Source: Planctomycetota bacterium
GTDB taxonomy: Bacteria > Planctomycetota > PUPC01 > JACPCR01
Length of the DNA: 64,000 nt
Assembly (NCBI GenBank): GCA_016179685.1
Contig: JACPCR010000064.1
Span: 181,186-245,185 of the forward strand
Reading direction: 5' to 3'
The translations under genes and the position numbers were made by a program. The notes beneath the pieces are model-generated. The model had not been told where the DNA came from, did no database searches, and saw only the letters and a list, made by a program, of their open reading frames with translations. Positions within the stretch are counted from its first letter, which is position 1; every line of letters starts with the position of its first letter. Positions 19,468 to 29,544 of the stretch are shown here, in pieces.

Positions 19468-20517
19468 TTACCAAAGACCTTGAGGGACCTGAACCTCGTA
19501 TCGACCCGCCGTTTCGGCAATGAGACGCCAGGTCTCTTCCGGCAGCGAAATCCCTTCGCGCTGGCGGCGGGCCTGCTCCCGCGCCTCCGGCTCGCCTGGG
19601 ATCAGAATCTCCTCGCAACCGGGCGCCGGGGGACAGTTCTTGACGTAATCCACGAAACGGCGGACGTCCTCCTCGAAAGCCGAGAGTTCCCGGAACTGAC
19701 GTACGTCCAGCACGATGGCCAGAAAGCTGTTGCCCACTCGGTCCGTCTCCGGCCGGCTGCAGCCGGCCCCGCTGAGCGCGCCCGCGAGGATGTCCGTCAT
19801 GAAACCGAGGCCGAAGCCCTTGTGGCCGCCGAAAGGAAGAAGGGCGCCGGGAGGCGGTCCGTAGAGGTCCGCCGGACGGGTCGAAGGCTGGCCCGAGGCA
19901 TCCAGCAGGCAGCCCTCGGGCAGGCGTCCGCCACGGTACATCAGGTTTCTGACCTTGCCCTCCGCGATGGCGCTGGTCGAGATGTCCAGGACCAGAGGGG
20001 GGCCGCCTCGGCCGGGCACGGCGATCGAAATCGGGTTTGCCGAGAGCCGCCGCTCACGTCCGCCCCAGGGTGCGACGAGCTTCCCGCCGCCGTGGGTATT
20101 GACGAAAAGGATAGCCGCCATGCCCCGGTCCGCAGCTATCCGGGGATAATCGCCCACGCGGCCGATGTGGCAGCACTGGCTGACCGAGGCAACGCCGACC
20201 CCGGCCGCTTCGGCTTTCGCCATGGCCACCGCCATGGCCTTGCGGCCGACGACCTGCCCGAAGCCCCACCCCCCATCGAGCACCGCCAGCGCCGGGGTCT
20301 CCCGGACGACTCGAATAGGCGCTCCGGGCACAATCCATTTCTGTTCCATCCACCGCACGTATTCCGGGATGCGCAGCACGCCGTGGGAGTCATGGCCCGC
20401 CAGGTTGGCATCGACCAGCGCCTGGGCGACCACTGTCGTCTCCTCCGGCTGGGCCCCCGCGGCCGCAAAGATGGCCCGTGTCAGCTCCCGCAGTTCTTCG
20501 CTACGAAAATTCATCAT
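19468..20517 (-). CDS. Ldh_2 family (malate/L-lactate/L-sulfolactate dehydrogenase-type) oxidoreductase
   Basis: 349-aa ORF; LAGHDSHGV motif characteristic of Ldh_2 family. Confidence 0.75.
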   Translation of the reverse strand: MMNFRSEELRELTRAIFAAAGAQPEETTVVAQALVDANLAGHDSHGVLRIPEYVRWMEQKWIVPGAPIRVVRETPALAVLDGGWGFGQVVGRKAMAVAMAKAEAAGVGVASVSQCCHIGRVGDYPRIAADRGMAAILFVNTHGGGKLVAPWGGRERRLSANPISIAVPGRGGPPLVLDISTSAIAEGKVRNLMYRGGRLPEGCLLDASGQPSTRPADLYGPPPGALLPFGGHKGFGLGFMTDILAGALSGAGCSRPETDRVGNSFLAIVLDVRQFRELSAFEEDVRRFVDYVKNCPPAPGCEEILIPGEPEAREQARRQREGISLPEETWRLIAETAGRYEVQVPQGLW

Positions 20518-20585
20518 GGACGTGCTCGCGAACAGACTTAGGAAATCAGTTCAGAAATGGTTTCGCACCGTTTCTGAATCGATTT

Positions 20586-20637
20586 GCGAGTAGACGAGTT
20601 GGCAAGTGCACCAGCACTTGCCAACTCGTCTACTCGC
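20586..20637. repeat. REP-like palindrome, perfect, core CAAGTGC-ACCA-GCACTTG
   Basis: gcGAGTAGACGAGTTGGCAAGTGC acca GCACTTGCCAACTCGTCTACTCgc between two minus-strand genes. Confidence 0.85.
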
Positions 20638-21780
20638 TCAATCCTCCGGGACGGCAGGCAGATCCATGGCGTCTTCCTTCTGCATGGCCTGCACCTGGGT
20701 CCGAAACTCCTGCGTGGCAGGCAGGAGCTTCTTCAATACCACATCGTCCCAAAAGACCTCCCCTTTCGGCCAGTAAGCGTACAGCCCGATGCGGATGAAC
20801 CTCAGCCGGTGCGCCAGCGGCATCGGCTGTCCCTTTCGAAGGACATCCATCCCGGGGTGAAGATCGGTCTGGCAGGCGGTCCATTCCCCCGTTTTTGCCG
20901 GAAGCGTCTGCTTGCGATTCCACGCCTCGCGCCATGAGAAGGATTCGTTCCCGGTCCCCTGCACCCACGCGTAGCCTTTGATGAAGAAGATCAGGGTGGG
21001 TCCCCGGGTGAGGACGTTCACCTGAACGCGGTACGTGCCACCGACCTCGACCGGGATCGGCGTGCTGAAGGCCATGATGCCCTGGTTGGCGGCGATGGCC
21101 TCTGGCAAGTCATATCTCAGGCAGCGGCCGACCCGGCCTGGCACAGGGACGCCGGAGACGTAGGGCCCGCAGTCCTCGCGCAGCACACGCCAGAAGCCCG
21201 GAAACGGTTCGCCCTGTTCAAAGTCCCCATTCCTGCAAAGATTGGCGGAGGTCTTCCATGCCTCTTCGGCCTCGCGTGGCAGTCCCTCCCGCCGGGTTGC
21301 CGGGGCGGCTGGCGGATGCAGGGCGGCCAGGAGCTTTTCGCAGGCGGCGGACACTCCCTGCCGGCCATCGGCCCGAAAGGTCTCTTCGCGCACCTTTTCG
21401 CCGCCCCCGTCCCGGGGGTCCATCATGCGTGCAGTGATTTCGAGGGTCTCGCCCTGCTGGCGCACCTCGCCCCAGATCACCCAGGATGCGCCGCACTCCC
21501 GGGCCATTTTCTCGACAGCGGCAGAGTCCATGCCGGCCCCCTCACCCAAGCCATGCTTCCGGGCCATCTCCTCGAAGTCCATGTCCTCGAGGGTCTCGAA
21601 CTGGCCCGTCTTCCTGGCCCGGGCGCGAAGGATGCTTCCAACCCGTCTCCCTTCCCTGCTTTGGTCATATTCCGAACTAAAATCGAAAACGAGGAGGAGG
21701 GGGCGAGCTTCCTCGCCGGGGAGGGCATCGATGAGCCCGCCGAGGGTGAGGAGAGCCAGAAATGCTGGAAAGTTCAACAT
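20638..21780 (-). CDS. hypothetical secreted protein
   Basis: 380-aa ORF; N-terminal MLNFPAFLALLTLGGLIDALP signal-like peptide; no family recognised. Confidence 0.55.
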   Translation of the reverse strand: MLNFPAFLALLTLGGLIDALPGEEARPLLLVFDFSSEYDQSREGRRVGSILRARARKTGQFETLEDMDFEEMARKHGLGEGAGMDSAAVEKMARECGASWVIWGEVRQQGETLEITARMMDPRDGGGEKVREETFRADGRQGVSAACEKLLAALHPPAAPATRREGLPREAEEAWKTSANLCRNGDFEQGEPFPGFWRVLREDCGPYVSGVPVPGRVGRCLRYDLPEAIAANQGIMAFSTPIPVEVGGTYRVQVNVLTRGPTLIFFIKGYAWVQGTGNESFSWREAWNRKQTLPAKTGEWTACQTDLHPGMDVLRKGQPMPLAHRLRFIRIGLYAYWPKGEVFWDDVVLKKLLPATQEFRTQVQAMQKEDAMDLPAVPED

Positions 21781-21868
21781 TCAGGTTTTCGCCCCGTGAC
21801 ATCCCCCTCCCGCAGGGATGCCGCTGCGAGCAGGTCCGCGTTGCGGGCAGGGTGTTGTGTGCGGAACT

Positions 21869-21914
21869 CGTACACGAGCACGGAAGTGCGGGTGCATCTT
21901 CGCAGGCGTGTACG
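21869..21914. repeat. REP-like palindrome (imperfect), core GAAGTGC-GGGT-GCATCTTC
   Basis: cGTACACGAGCACGGAAGTGC gggt GCATCTTCGCAGGCGTGTACg. Confidence 0.65.
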
Positions 21915-21916
21915 AG

Positions 21917-22762
21917 CTAGCCCCGTGAGGGCTCAGTCATCTTGAGCCTCGCCTGGCGTGAAAGCTCCGCCAGATGGCCGTCGTTGGCCATCACCTGATC
22001 GAGGTGTCGGAGTCGCCCGGGCCCCGCGGTCCGTACCATCGCCTCCCCGTAAACATGGTCGATCCAGAATCGAGCGGCCCCGCTGATGTAGGTGCGCAGC
22101 GCTTCGATCCGATCCTCAGGATAGCGCTGGGAAAGATTGATGGTGAACATCCGGCGGCGTCCGCTGCCGCCGAACGAGGCATGCTTCGTGTTGTGATTGA
22201 ACAGGACGACGTCGCCAGGCCGGGTCTCCAGCGCGACGGCGGGCACGTCCCGCCCGCCCATCCCCCACAGGTCCTGGCTCTTGCGGACGCCTTCCTGCAG
22301 GCCATCGGCGTAGTGGTCGCCGATCCGGTGGCTTCCGGGGATCACCCGAAGGGCGCCGGTGTCGCGGGTGAGCGGGTCGAGGTAGAGAGCGATCTTGACG
22401 TGGAGGATATCGCGATGCCAGCCGTCGGAGTGCCAGCCGGTGTCGCCGGCGTAATAATTGCCGTCGCTGCCCATGTAGTTGAAGTCTTCGCCGAGCAGGC
22501 TGACGGCCATTCCGTGGATGCGCGGGTCGTCCAGCAGCGAGCAGAGCTTCTCGCGCTGATCGAGGAAGGGCACGATGCAGGAGCGGGCCTTCCCATCGTG
22601 GGGCCGGCCATGGTGTCCGCCGCCGCGCTCGCTCCAGACCGCTTCGAACTCCCCGATGATCTCGCCAATCCGGTCCGAGAGCAGGCCCGGGAATCCGAGG
22701 TAGCCGAAGGTCTGGAAAAAAGACAATTGCTGACTGGTGAGGTGGATGGGGGTCGAATCCAT
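21917..22762 (-). CDS. phytanoyl-CoA dioxygenase (PhyH) family protein
   Basis: ORF 21917..22915; start at internal ATG 22762 (MDSTPIHLTSQQLSFF...); GWHSDGWHRD and HNTKHASFGG motifs. Confidence 0.75.
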   Translation of the reverse strand: MDSTPIHLTSQQLSFFQTFGYLGFPGLLSDRIGEIIGEFEAVWSERGGGHHGRPHDGKARSCIVPFLDQREKLCSLLDDPRIHGMAVSLLGEDFNYMGSDGNYYAGDTGWHSDGWHRDILHVKIALYLDPLTRDTGALRVIPGSHRIGDHYADGLQEGVRKSQDLWGMGGRDVPAVALETRPGDVVLFNHNTKHASFGGSGRRRMFTINLSQRYPEDRIEALRTYISGAARFWIDHVYGEAMVRTAGPGRLRHLDQVMANDGHLAELSRQARLKMTEPSRG

Positions 22763-22884
22763 GGGGGACCTCTGAGGCGGCGAAGGCTTGATTCTTCGTC
22801 CCGGAACGAGCCCGGCCGTCCGATGCCTTATGCGGACAGCCATGGCGGCGGGACAAGCAAACGGGGTATCCCTTCTTGCAGCAT

Positions 22885-22978
22885 CGAGTAGACGAGCTCG
22901 CAAGTGCACCCGCACTTGCGAGCTCGTCTACTCGTATTCCTGTTCAGAAGGGCGGGTGCACTTCTGAACAGGAATACG
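22885..22978. repeat. tandem pair of REP-like palindromes (BIME-like arrangement)
   Basis: cGAGTAGACGAGCTCGCAAGTGC accc GCACTTGCGAGCTCGTCTACTCg immediately followed by cgTATTCCTGTTCAGAAG ggcgggtgca CTTCTGAACAGGAATAcg. Confidence 0.85.
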
Positions 22979-22983
22979 AGTAT

Positions 22984-23799
22984 TCAGGATGCCTTCCCGC
23001 CCGTCAAGCCCTCGAAAAGTCTGAGGGCGTCGTCGAGGGACTCGAGCTTCTGGTAAGCCATCCAGGCCCGGGCGGACACGGTCTCGTCTTTCGAAACATC
23101 CCGGCCCACCAGAGAAAAATCGTGGGCGTGCCAGGTGCGGTTGGCGGACAGGCTCGGGCAGAGCCCCGGCTCGACGACGTGGACGAGGGACCATCCGGTA
23201 TCGCGGATGGGCGAAATGAGGATAGGGCAGTCGTAGGGTTGCGGGTCTACGCTGATCCGATAATCGTTCTTGACTTCAGCGAGGAACTCATCGAGCCGCC
23301 CATCGCGGATGTCGTTCGCTTCGGCATTGCTGCGAGCCCAGTAGCGGTGCTCTCGGTCGCCGAGCTGCGGGCGCATCCAGACGCCCCCCACGTGGACGAA
23401 GGGCTCGACGGGCTCGTGGAAATAGTTGCTGACGAAGGCCTCGAAGGCCTGGAACGCTTCATGGAACGTCAACTCGAAGCGGGCCTCGATGACGCGGTTG
23501 GGCAGAAGCCGATAGTCGATCTGGACCCCGACCTGCCACGAGCCGCAGGGAGCGATCCGCAGGCGCATCCCGTTGTCACCGAGTTTCTCCGTTTTCACTT
23601 CCGCCTTGTAACGCGGCACGAAACGACCCCCTCGTGCGCTTCGGGCGTAATAATGCTCGAGGTTGAGGCCCATGGGGCGGGTCACGGGCCGGCCGTCGGC
23701 CCCGGCCGTCAGTTCGATCCCGTGCTCGTGGCCGCCGCAGAAGTAGCCCGCGAGGCCGTCATACTTGAATTTCCAGGATTCCACGAGAGAAGGAGTCAT
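22984..23799 (-). CDS. hypothetical protein
   Basis: ORF 22984..23949; start at internal ATG 23799 overlapping upstream amidohydrolase stop by 4 nt; no family recognised. Confidence 0.5.
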   Translation of the reverse strand: MTPSLVESWKFKYDGLAGYFCGGHEHGIELTAGADGRPVTRPMGLNLEHYYARSARGGRFVPRYKAEVKTEKLGDNGMRLRIAPCGSWQVGVQIDYRLLPNRVIEARFELTFHEAFQAFEAFVSNYFHEPVEPFVHVGGVWMRPQLGDREHRYWARSNAEANDIRDGRLDEFLAEVKNDYRISVDPQPYDCPILISPIRDTGWSLVHVVEPGLCPSLSANRTWHAHDFSLVGRDVSKDETVSARAWMAYQKLESLDDALRLFEGLTGGKAS

Positions 23800-24623
23800 G
23801 GGGGTAGCCGGAACACTTTTTCCGCGTTGCGCCGGGTGATCTTCTGGAAGGCCGACCTGGGCAGTCCCACGGTGCGGATGTGCTCGATGATGGGCGTCTT
23901 CTGGCCCACCATGAGGTAGTCCGTGGCGAACATGAGCCGGTCCTGCCACCTCAGAAGAAACTCGTATCCGAACTCCGGATCGCGGGTGATGGCGTTATAG
24001 CCCGAGCCGGCGGACAAGTCGGCGTAGAGGTTGTCATATTTCTTGAACAGCTTGTCGAGCCGGCCGCCGGGAACGATGGGCCCCTTGGGGTAGCCGATCT
24101 TGGGCGGGTAACGGGCGGAGATTTCCCGCCAAAAATTGGGTGAATGTCCGATGAAGCGTGCCTTGGGATAGGCTTTTAACATGTTTTCAAAGCCCGGCAG
24201 GCCTTTCCGATCCCGGTTGATCCAGTAGTCGAAATGCATGACGATGGGCAGCCGAAGTTCATGGCAAGCGGCATAGACGATCTGCTGCATCGGGTCGTCC
24301 ACGGGGAGACCTGTGAGGTTTTCCCCGTATCCGACGCAGCCTTCGTCGATGTAGGACTTGAGAATGGCCAGAGGCTTGAAGTGGCCCGGGTAGCGGTGTC
24401 TCGGGTCCACGGCACACAGGGGGAAGAGCCGGTCTCGGTGGGGTCTTGTCATCCGCAACAGGTCGCGGGTCGTCACGAAAAAATCCAGCTCTTCGGGCAC
24501 CTCGACCGCCATGATGATGGCCTTCTCGATGCCGTTGCGGTCCATCCACCGCAAAAGTTGGGAAGGCTTGAGACCGGGGTCTTCCCAGCGCAGTTGACCC
24601 AAGTGGGTGTGTGTGTCAATCAT
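23796..24623 (-). CDS. amidohydrolase-2 family metal-dependent hydrolase (TIM barrel)
   Basis: 275-aa ORF; N-terminal MIDTHTHLG metal-binding HxH motif and C-terminal FATDY typical of amidohydrolase superfamily. Confidence 0.7.
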   Translation of the reverse strand: MIDTHTHLGQLRWEDPGLKPSQLLRWMDRNGIEKAIIMAVEVPEELDFFVTTRDLLRMTRPHRDRLFPLCAVDPRHRYPGHFKPLAILKSYIDEGCVGYGENLTGLPVDDPMQQIVYAACHELRLPIVMHFDYWINRDRKGLPGFENMLKAYPKARFIGHSPNFWREISARYPPKIGYPKGPIVPGGRLDKLFKKYDNLYADLSAGSGYNAITRDPEFGYEFLLRWQDRLMFATDYLMVGQKTPIIEHIRTVGLPRSAFQKITRRNAEKVFRLPP

Positions 24624-24842
24624 GTGAAAAAATTCTCCGACGGATTCGAAATGGCAACTGGGAGCCGCTCGATGGAGCTTGCGAATGGTAAGGGTTTATT
24701 CGGCGACCGGCAATGTGTCCGTTCGAGTTCTTTGCGGGGGGAATATTTCTTCACATCCGACGGCCCGATCTTGGTGTAATAATAGGAGTGGAACGTCGGG
24801 ACCGACCAAACCCGGTCTCTCACTTCAACGGGAGGGTTCGTT

Positions 24843-26324
24843 ATGGCTGAACGGTATTTCAACTGGATAGGCGGCCAGTGGGTAGCGGCGCGGTCCGGCG
24901 AGATTTTCCAGAGCCTGAACCCGGCTCGGCTTGATGACGTCATTGGGGAATTCCCCGCCTCCGATGGGGCGGACGTGGGAGCTGCGGTCGAAGCGGCTCG
25001 GGAGGCCCTGGAGGGCTGGCGGAAGATGCCGGCGCCCAAGCGAGGCGAGATTCTGTTCAAGGCCGGGGAGATTCTCAAGGCCCGCAAGGAGTCGCTGGCC
25101 AGGGAGATGACGCGGGAAATGGGCAAGCCCCTTCGGGAAACTCTCGGGGACGTGCAGGAAGCCATCGATACCGCCTACTACGCCGCAGGAGAGGGCCGGA
25201 GGCTCGCCGGTGAGACCGTGCCCGCCGAGTTGCCCAATAAGTTCGCCATGTCGGTCCGTTGCCCCGTCGGTGTCTGCGGCCTGATCACGCCCTGGAATTT
25301 CCCTATGGCCATCCCGGCGTGGAAAACCTTCCCCGCCTTGATCTGCGGCAACACCGTGGTCTTCAAACCGGCCAAGGACACGCCGCTTCTGGCCACGAGG
25401 TTGGTCCAGATTCTGGAAGAAACGGGCGTGCCGGCAGGCGTGGTGAACCTCGTTCACGGCTTCGGCGAGTCCGTGGGCAAGGCCATCGTGGAGCATCCGA
25501 GAGTGGACCTGGTCTCCTTCACCGGGTCCTGCGAGGTGGGCCGGGTGATTGCAGAAAGCTGCGGCCGGAGGCTTCGAAAACATTCGCTCGAGATGGGCGG
25601 GAAGAATGCTCAGATCATTCTCCACGATGCGAATCTCGACCTGGCCCTGGAGGGCGCCCTCTGGGGGGCGTTCGGGACGACCGGGCAGCGCTGCACGGCC
25701 ACGAGCCGGTTGATCGTGGAGCGTAGCATAGCCGAAGAGTTCACCCGCCGTTTCCTCGAACGTGTGCAGGCGCTCCGTGTCGGCTACGGACTCGACCCGA
25801 AGGTGGACATCGGGCCGCTGGTCAACCTGGCTCAACTTCAGCGCGTGCAAGGCTACGTGGACATCGGCGTCCGTGAGGGGGCCAAGCTCCTTTGCGGGGG
25901 CCGGCCGCTGACCGAAGGCGAACTGGGTCATGGGTGTTTCTATGCCCCGACGGTCCTGGGCGAGGTTCAGCCGCGCATGCGCGTCGCCCAAGAGGAGATT
26001 TTTGGACCCGTGACGGCCATTCTCACCGCTGATGGCTTCGAGGATGCCCTGGAGATCGCGAACGGGACGAACTATGGACTTTCCTGCTCCATCTACACCC
26101 GCGACGTGAATCGGGCCTTCGCGGCCATACGTGATCTGGCCTCTGGAATCGTCTACGTCAACAGCCCCACGATCGGGGCCGAGGTCCAGCTTCCCTTCGG
26201 GGGAATAAAGAATACGGGAAACGGACACCGGGAAGCCGGGACAACGGTTCTCGATATCTTCTCCGAGTGGAAGACGGTTTACGTGGATTACAGCGGCCGG
26301 CTGCAGAAAGCCCAGATGGACTGA
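24843..26324 (+). CDS. NAD(P)-dependent aldehyde dehydrogenase
   Basis: 493-aa ORF; ALDH signatures (ITPWNFP, LEMGGKN, catalytic Cys context GQRCTA, EEIFGPV). Confidence 0.9.
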   Translation: MAERYFNWIGGQWVAARSGEIFQSLNPARLDDVIGEFPASDGADVGAAVEAAREALEGWRKMPAPKRGEILFKAGEILKARKESLAREMTREMGKPLRETLGDVQEAIDTAYYAAGEGRRLAGETVPAELPNKFAMSVRCPVGVCGLITPWNFPMAIPAWKTFPALICGNTVVFKPAKDTPLLATRLVQILEETGVPAGVVNLVHGFGESVGKAIVEHPRVDLVSFTGSCEVGRVIAESCGRRLRKHSLEMGGKNAQIILHDANLDLALEGALWGAFGTTGQRCTATSRLIVERSIAEEFTRRFLERVQALRVGYGLDPKVDIGPLVNLAQLQRVQGYVDIGVREGAKLLCGGRPLTEGELGHGCFYAPTVLGEVQPRMRVAQEEIFGPVTAILTADGFEDALEIANGTNYGLSCSIYTRDVNRAFAAIRDLASGIVYVNSPTIGAEVQLPFGGIKNTGNGHREAGTTVLDIFSEWKTVYVDYSGRLQKAQMD

Positions 26325-26434
26325 CCGACAATCAGTGAGCCGTGAGCAGTAATCGATGACCGGCAAGGAGCGTCAGGTTAAGCTGACGCCTGAACACGGA
26401 GACCTGTCTCCTCGCAGAGCAAAGGGAATCGATC

Positions 26435-27742
26435 ATGCCTTCCCATTCCAAGCCATGCGTGCGCACGCCTCTGCCGGGGCCCCGAGCACGGCAGCTCCTC
26501 GAGCGTGATGCGAATGTGGTCTCACCTTCTTACACCCGGGCCTATCCGCTCGTGGCAGCACGAGGCAAAGACGTCTGGATCGAAGACGTGGATGGCAACG
26601 TTTTCCTCGATTTCGCCGCAGGCATCGCGGTTTGCGCTACCGGCCACTGCCATCCGGAAGTGGTTGGCGTCATCTGCGAACAAGCCGAAACGCTCATCCA
26701 CCTGTCGGGCACGGATTTCTATTACGCGCCGCAGATCGAACTGGCTGAGAAGCTCGTGGCTATTGCACCCGGCAACTTTCCGAAGAAAGTCTTCTTCACC
26801 AATTCCGGCGCCGAGGCCGTGGAAGCGGCCATTAAGTTGTCCCGCTTCGCCACCCATCGACCACACCTGATCGCCTTCTACGGCGGATTCCACGGCCGTA
26901 CCATGGGGGCGCTCACTCTGACCGCCAGCAAACCGGTGCAGCACCGGGGTTTCTTGCCGCTCCTGCCGGAGGTATCGCATGTGACCTTCCCGACGGAGGA
27001 CTGCGAACCGACCTGGAAACAACTGGCGGAGCTGTTCCACCGCAAGATCGATCCTCGAGAGGTTGCGGCGATCGTCGTCGAGCCCATTCAGGGCGAGGGC
27101 GGCTACCTCGTTCCGCCTCCCGAGTTTCTTCGGGGTCTTAAGGACATCTGCGAAAAGCACGCCATCCTCCTCGTTGCCGATGAAATCCAGTCGGGCATGG
27201 GCCGCACCGGTAGGATGTTCGCCATCGAGCATTTCGGCGTGCAACCGGACATTCTTTGCGTGGCCAAGGGCATTGCCAGCGGGCTGCCCCTGGGGGCTAT
27301 CATTGCCCGGGCGGAATTGATGAGCTGGCCGCCCGGCGCCCATGCCAGCACCTTCGGAGGGAATCCGGTGGCCTGCCGGGCCGCACTGGCAACCATCCGC
27401 CTTCTCGAATCTTCACTGATCGCCAATGCGGCCCGAATGGGAGAAATCCTGCTGCAGGGCATGGATGACCTGGCCAAAAAATATCCGTTTCTCGGGCATG
27501 TCCGGGGGAAGGGGCTCATGGCCGCCATGGATGTCTTCACGGATGAAACCCGGAGCAAGCTGTCGCCTGCCCGCCGGCAGGAGATACTCAAACTTTGCTT
27601 CGAAGGCGGCCTACTTCTTCTGGGATGCGGTGACGCGGGCATCCGGTTCTGTCCCCCCCTTACCGTGGGGCCTGACCACGTCTCCATCGCCCTTGACCTG
27701 CTCGGTCAGGCTTGCGAGAACACGGAAGGGGAGATAACTTGA
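26435..27742 (+). CDS. class III aminotransferase (4-aminobutyrate/omega-amino acid transaminase-like)
   Basis: 435-aa ORF; motifs TNSGAEAVE, DEIQSGMGRTG, STFGGNP typical of PLP fold-type I class III. Confidence 0.8.
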   Translation: MPSHSKPCVRTPLPGPRARQLLERDANVVSPSYTRAYPLVAARGKDVWIEDVDGNVFLDFAAGIAVCATGHCHPEVVGVICEQAETLIHLSGTDFYYAPQIELAEKLVAIAPGNFPKKVFFTNSGAEAVEAAIKLSRFATHRPHLIAFYGGFHGRTMGALTLTASKPVQHRGFLPLLPEVSHVTFPTEDCEPTWKQLAELFHRKIDPREVAAIVVEPIQGEGGYLVPPPEFLRGLKDICEKHAILLVADEIQSGMGRTGRMFAIEHFGVQPDILCVAKGIASGLPLGAIIARAELMSWPPGAHASTFGGNPVACRAALATIRLLESSLIANAARMGEILLQGMDDLAKKYPFLGHVRGKGLMAAMDVFTDETRSKLSPARRQEILKLCFEGGLLLLGCGDAGIRFCPPLTVGPDHVSIALDLLGQACENTEGEIT

Positions 27743-27981
27743 TCTTGTTGACGCGGACGACGCCATCTACTCCAAAAGGGAGGGAACGGTGTCAGGTTTC
27801 AGGAAGACACAGATATCTGATGTCTAGAAGGGAATGGACTTGAGTAGTTTAGCGCCGTGTCGGGAATCCCTACACATCCAGGAACTGGAATCGATGGCCA
27901 AGAGGCCAGCCGGTTCATTCTATCCGCCGTGTATGATTATTATTCATTTGTTCACAACAACTTATGGCTATATGTAGTGAT

Positions 27982-27997
27982 TGGCACGCTGTCTGCT
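27982..27997 (+). promoter_or_regulatory. candidate sigma-54 (-24/-12) promoter
   Basis: TGGCACGctgtCTGCT fits the GG-N10-GC spacing of the TGGCAC-N5-TTGC consensus with one mismatch in the -12 element; about 60 nt upstream of ATG 28059. Confidence 0.3.
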
Positions 27998-28058
27998 TTC
28001 TGTTCAAACCAGTCAATTGTCTATCCCACTGGAGAACACACGTTTAAGGAGTCATGCC

Positions 28059-29342
28059 ATGAACCGATGGGTTGCTTTCCTTATTATTTTCTGCTTGATC
28101 GGTCTCGTCCCTTCCGTTGCATCAGCCGATGATGCCAAGCCGGGTCTCTTCGAGAAGTGGCGTAAGGCATTCCATGAGAGACAGGAGAAGAGGAAGGCTG
28201 CAAGCGCGACCTCCTCGACCGAAGCGGCCGTGTCGGAAGGCGACAAGAGTCGCACTTATGAAAGCGATACGACGATCAACGGCCCGAGGGGCACGACCGA
28301 GATCGACCACGAGCACACGGTGACCAAGACCGGACAGGGCACGGCGACCTACGAAGGCGAGACGACCAGGACGAATCCGGACGGATCGCAGGCCCACAAG
28401 TCATCGACCGGTACGATCACCAAGACGGGTGACGGCAACGCCTCGTTCAGCGGACACACGGATGGTGAACGTGCGAACGGCACGAGCTGGTCTTCGGATA
28501 CGACCGGCACCTCGACCAAGACGGATAGTGGAAGGACCACTTCGAGCACGACCACCGGGTCGGACTCGAAGGGGCACTCCTGGACCACGGATCGGGACAC
28601 GGAAGTGACGAAGAACGAGGACGGCTCGAAAACCATCTCACACGATGCCACGCGGACCAACAGCGACGGCACGACGGTCTCCAAGAGCCACGACACGACG
28701 GTCACGAAGAACGAGGACGGCAGCCGGGCAGTCACCAGCGAGGGTTCCCGGACGAACGCCCAGGGCGAGACGGGCACCTGGTCGTCCAGCGGCACGATCC
28801 AGAAGACCGACAGCGGCGCCTCGTTCACCGGACACACGGATGGTGAGCGTGCGAACGGCACGAGCTGGTCTTCGGACACGACCGGAACGGTGACCAAGAC
28901 GGAAGACGGCCGCGTCCGTGAGAGCACGACGACCGGATCGGACTCCAAGGGTCACGAGTGGGAGACGGACCGGAAGAAGACGGTCGAGCATACGGATACC
29001 GGCACGAAGGTGGACCGGGAGATCAACCGGACGGGCAGCAAAGGTTCGGGCTCAGGCAGTTCCTCGGCGGCCTCTTCCCTAGGGGCGACGAACATGAATC
29101 AGAATGCCTCCTCGAAGCCCTCTTCCTCGTCCACCTCGGCGAAGATGAGCAAGCCTTCGGGCAGCCAGGCCCAAGGCAAGGCGGGCAGCTCCTCCGGAAG
29201 TGCCAAGAAGCCGAACACGAAGCCTCAGCATTCCCCTTCGAGCGGCGGGCATTCTGGGAAGATGAAGAGCGCCGCAGGGAAGGCGGGCGGTTTCAAGAGC
29301 GGAGGAGGCGCCGCGAAGGCCGCCGGCGGCCGCCACAAGTAA
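28059..29342 (+). CDS. secreted Thr/Ser/Gly-rich low-complexity repeat protein
   Basis: ORF 27981..29342; start at ATG 28059 (AAGGAG 8 nt upstream); signal-like MNRWVAFLIIFCLIGLVPSVASA; internal duplicated blocks (GHTDGERANGTSWSSDTTGT twice, TKNEDGS twice). Confidence 0.65.
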   Translation: MNRWVAFLIIFCLIGLVPSVASADDAKPGLFEKWRKAFHERQEKRKAASATSSTEAAVSEGDKSRTYESDTTINGPRGTTEIDHEHTVTKTGQGTATYEGETTRTNPDGSQAHKSSTGTITKTGDGNASFSGHTDGERANGTSWSSDTTGTSTKTDSGRTTSSTTTGSDSKGHSWTTDRDTEVTKNEDGSKTISHDATRTNSDGTTVSKSHDTTVTKNEDGSRAVTSEGSRTNAQGETGTWSSSGTIQKTDSGASFTGHTDGERANGTSWSSDTTGTVTKTEDGRVRESTTTGSDSKGHEWETDRKKTVEHTDTGTKVDREINRTGSKGSGSGSSSAASSLGATNMNQNASSKPSSSSTSAKMSKPSGSQAQGKAGSSSGSAKKPNTKPQHSPSSGGHSGKMKSAAGKAGGFKSGGGAAKAAGGRHK

Positions 29343-29367
29343 GCTTCGCAGTCCCTTCGCCCCCCAG

Positions 29368-29398
29368 CAGGAGGCCATCGGCCTCCTGCTTTTTTTTT
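29368..29398 (+). terminator. rho-independent terminator
   Basis: GCAGGAGGCC atc GGCCTCCTGC hairpin followed by T9 run, immediately after stop of 28059..29342. Confidence 0.65.
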
Positions 29399-29544
29399 GC
29401 CTTGGTTACGTTTCTTTGCGGCTCAAATCCTTCTTGCCGAATCTCTCGAAGGTGAACATCCGTTTGCCGTATCATGGTGATGTAGGTCGTGCCGTGTCAG
29501 GACCAGGCCTTCGAGCCCAAGACCGGGAGTGCGAGTAAGAAGGG

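Noticed and set aside
26367-26389. Hairpin AGCGTCAG-gttaag-CTGACGC between ALDH and aminotransferase as a terminator
   Set aside because: No downstream T-run; more likely an intercistronic structure or chance palindrome
27981-28058. Upstream extension of the repeat-protein ORF from TTG 27981
   Set aside because: Extension would precede the signal peptide and overlap the candidate promoter; ATG 28059 with AAGGAG is the better start
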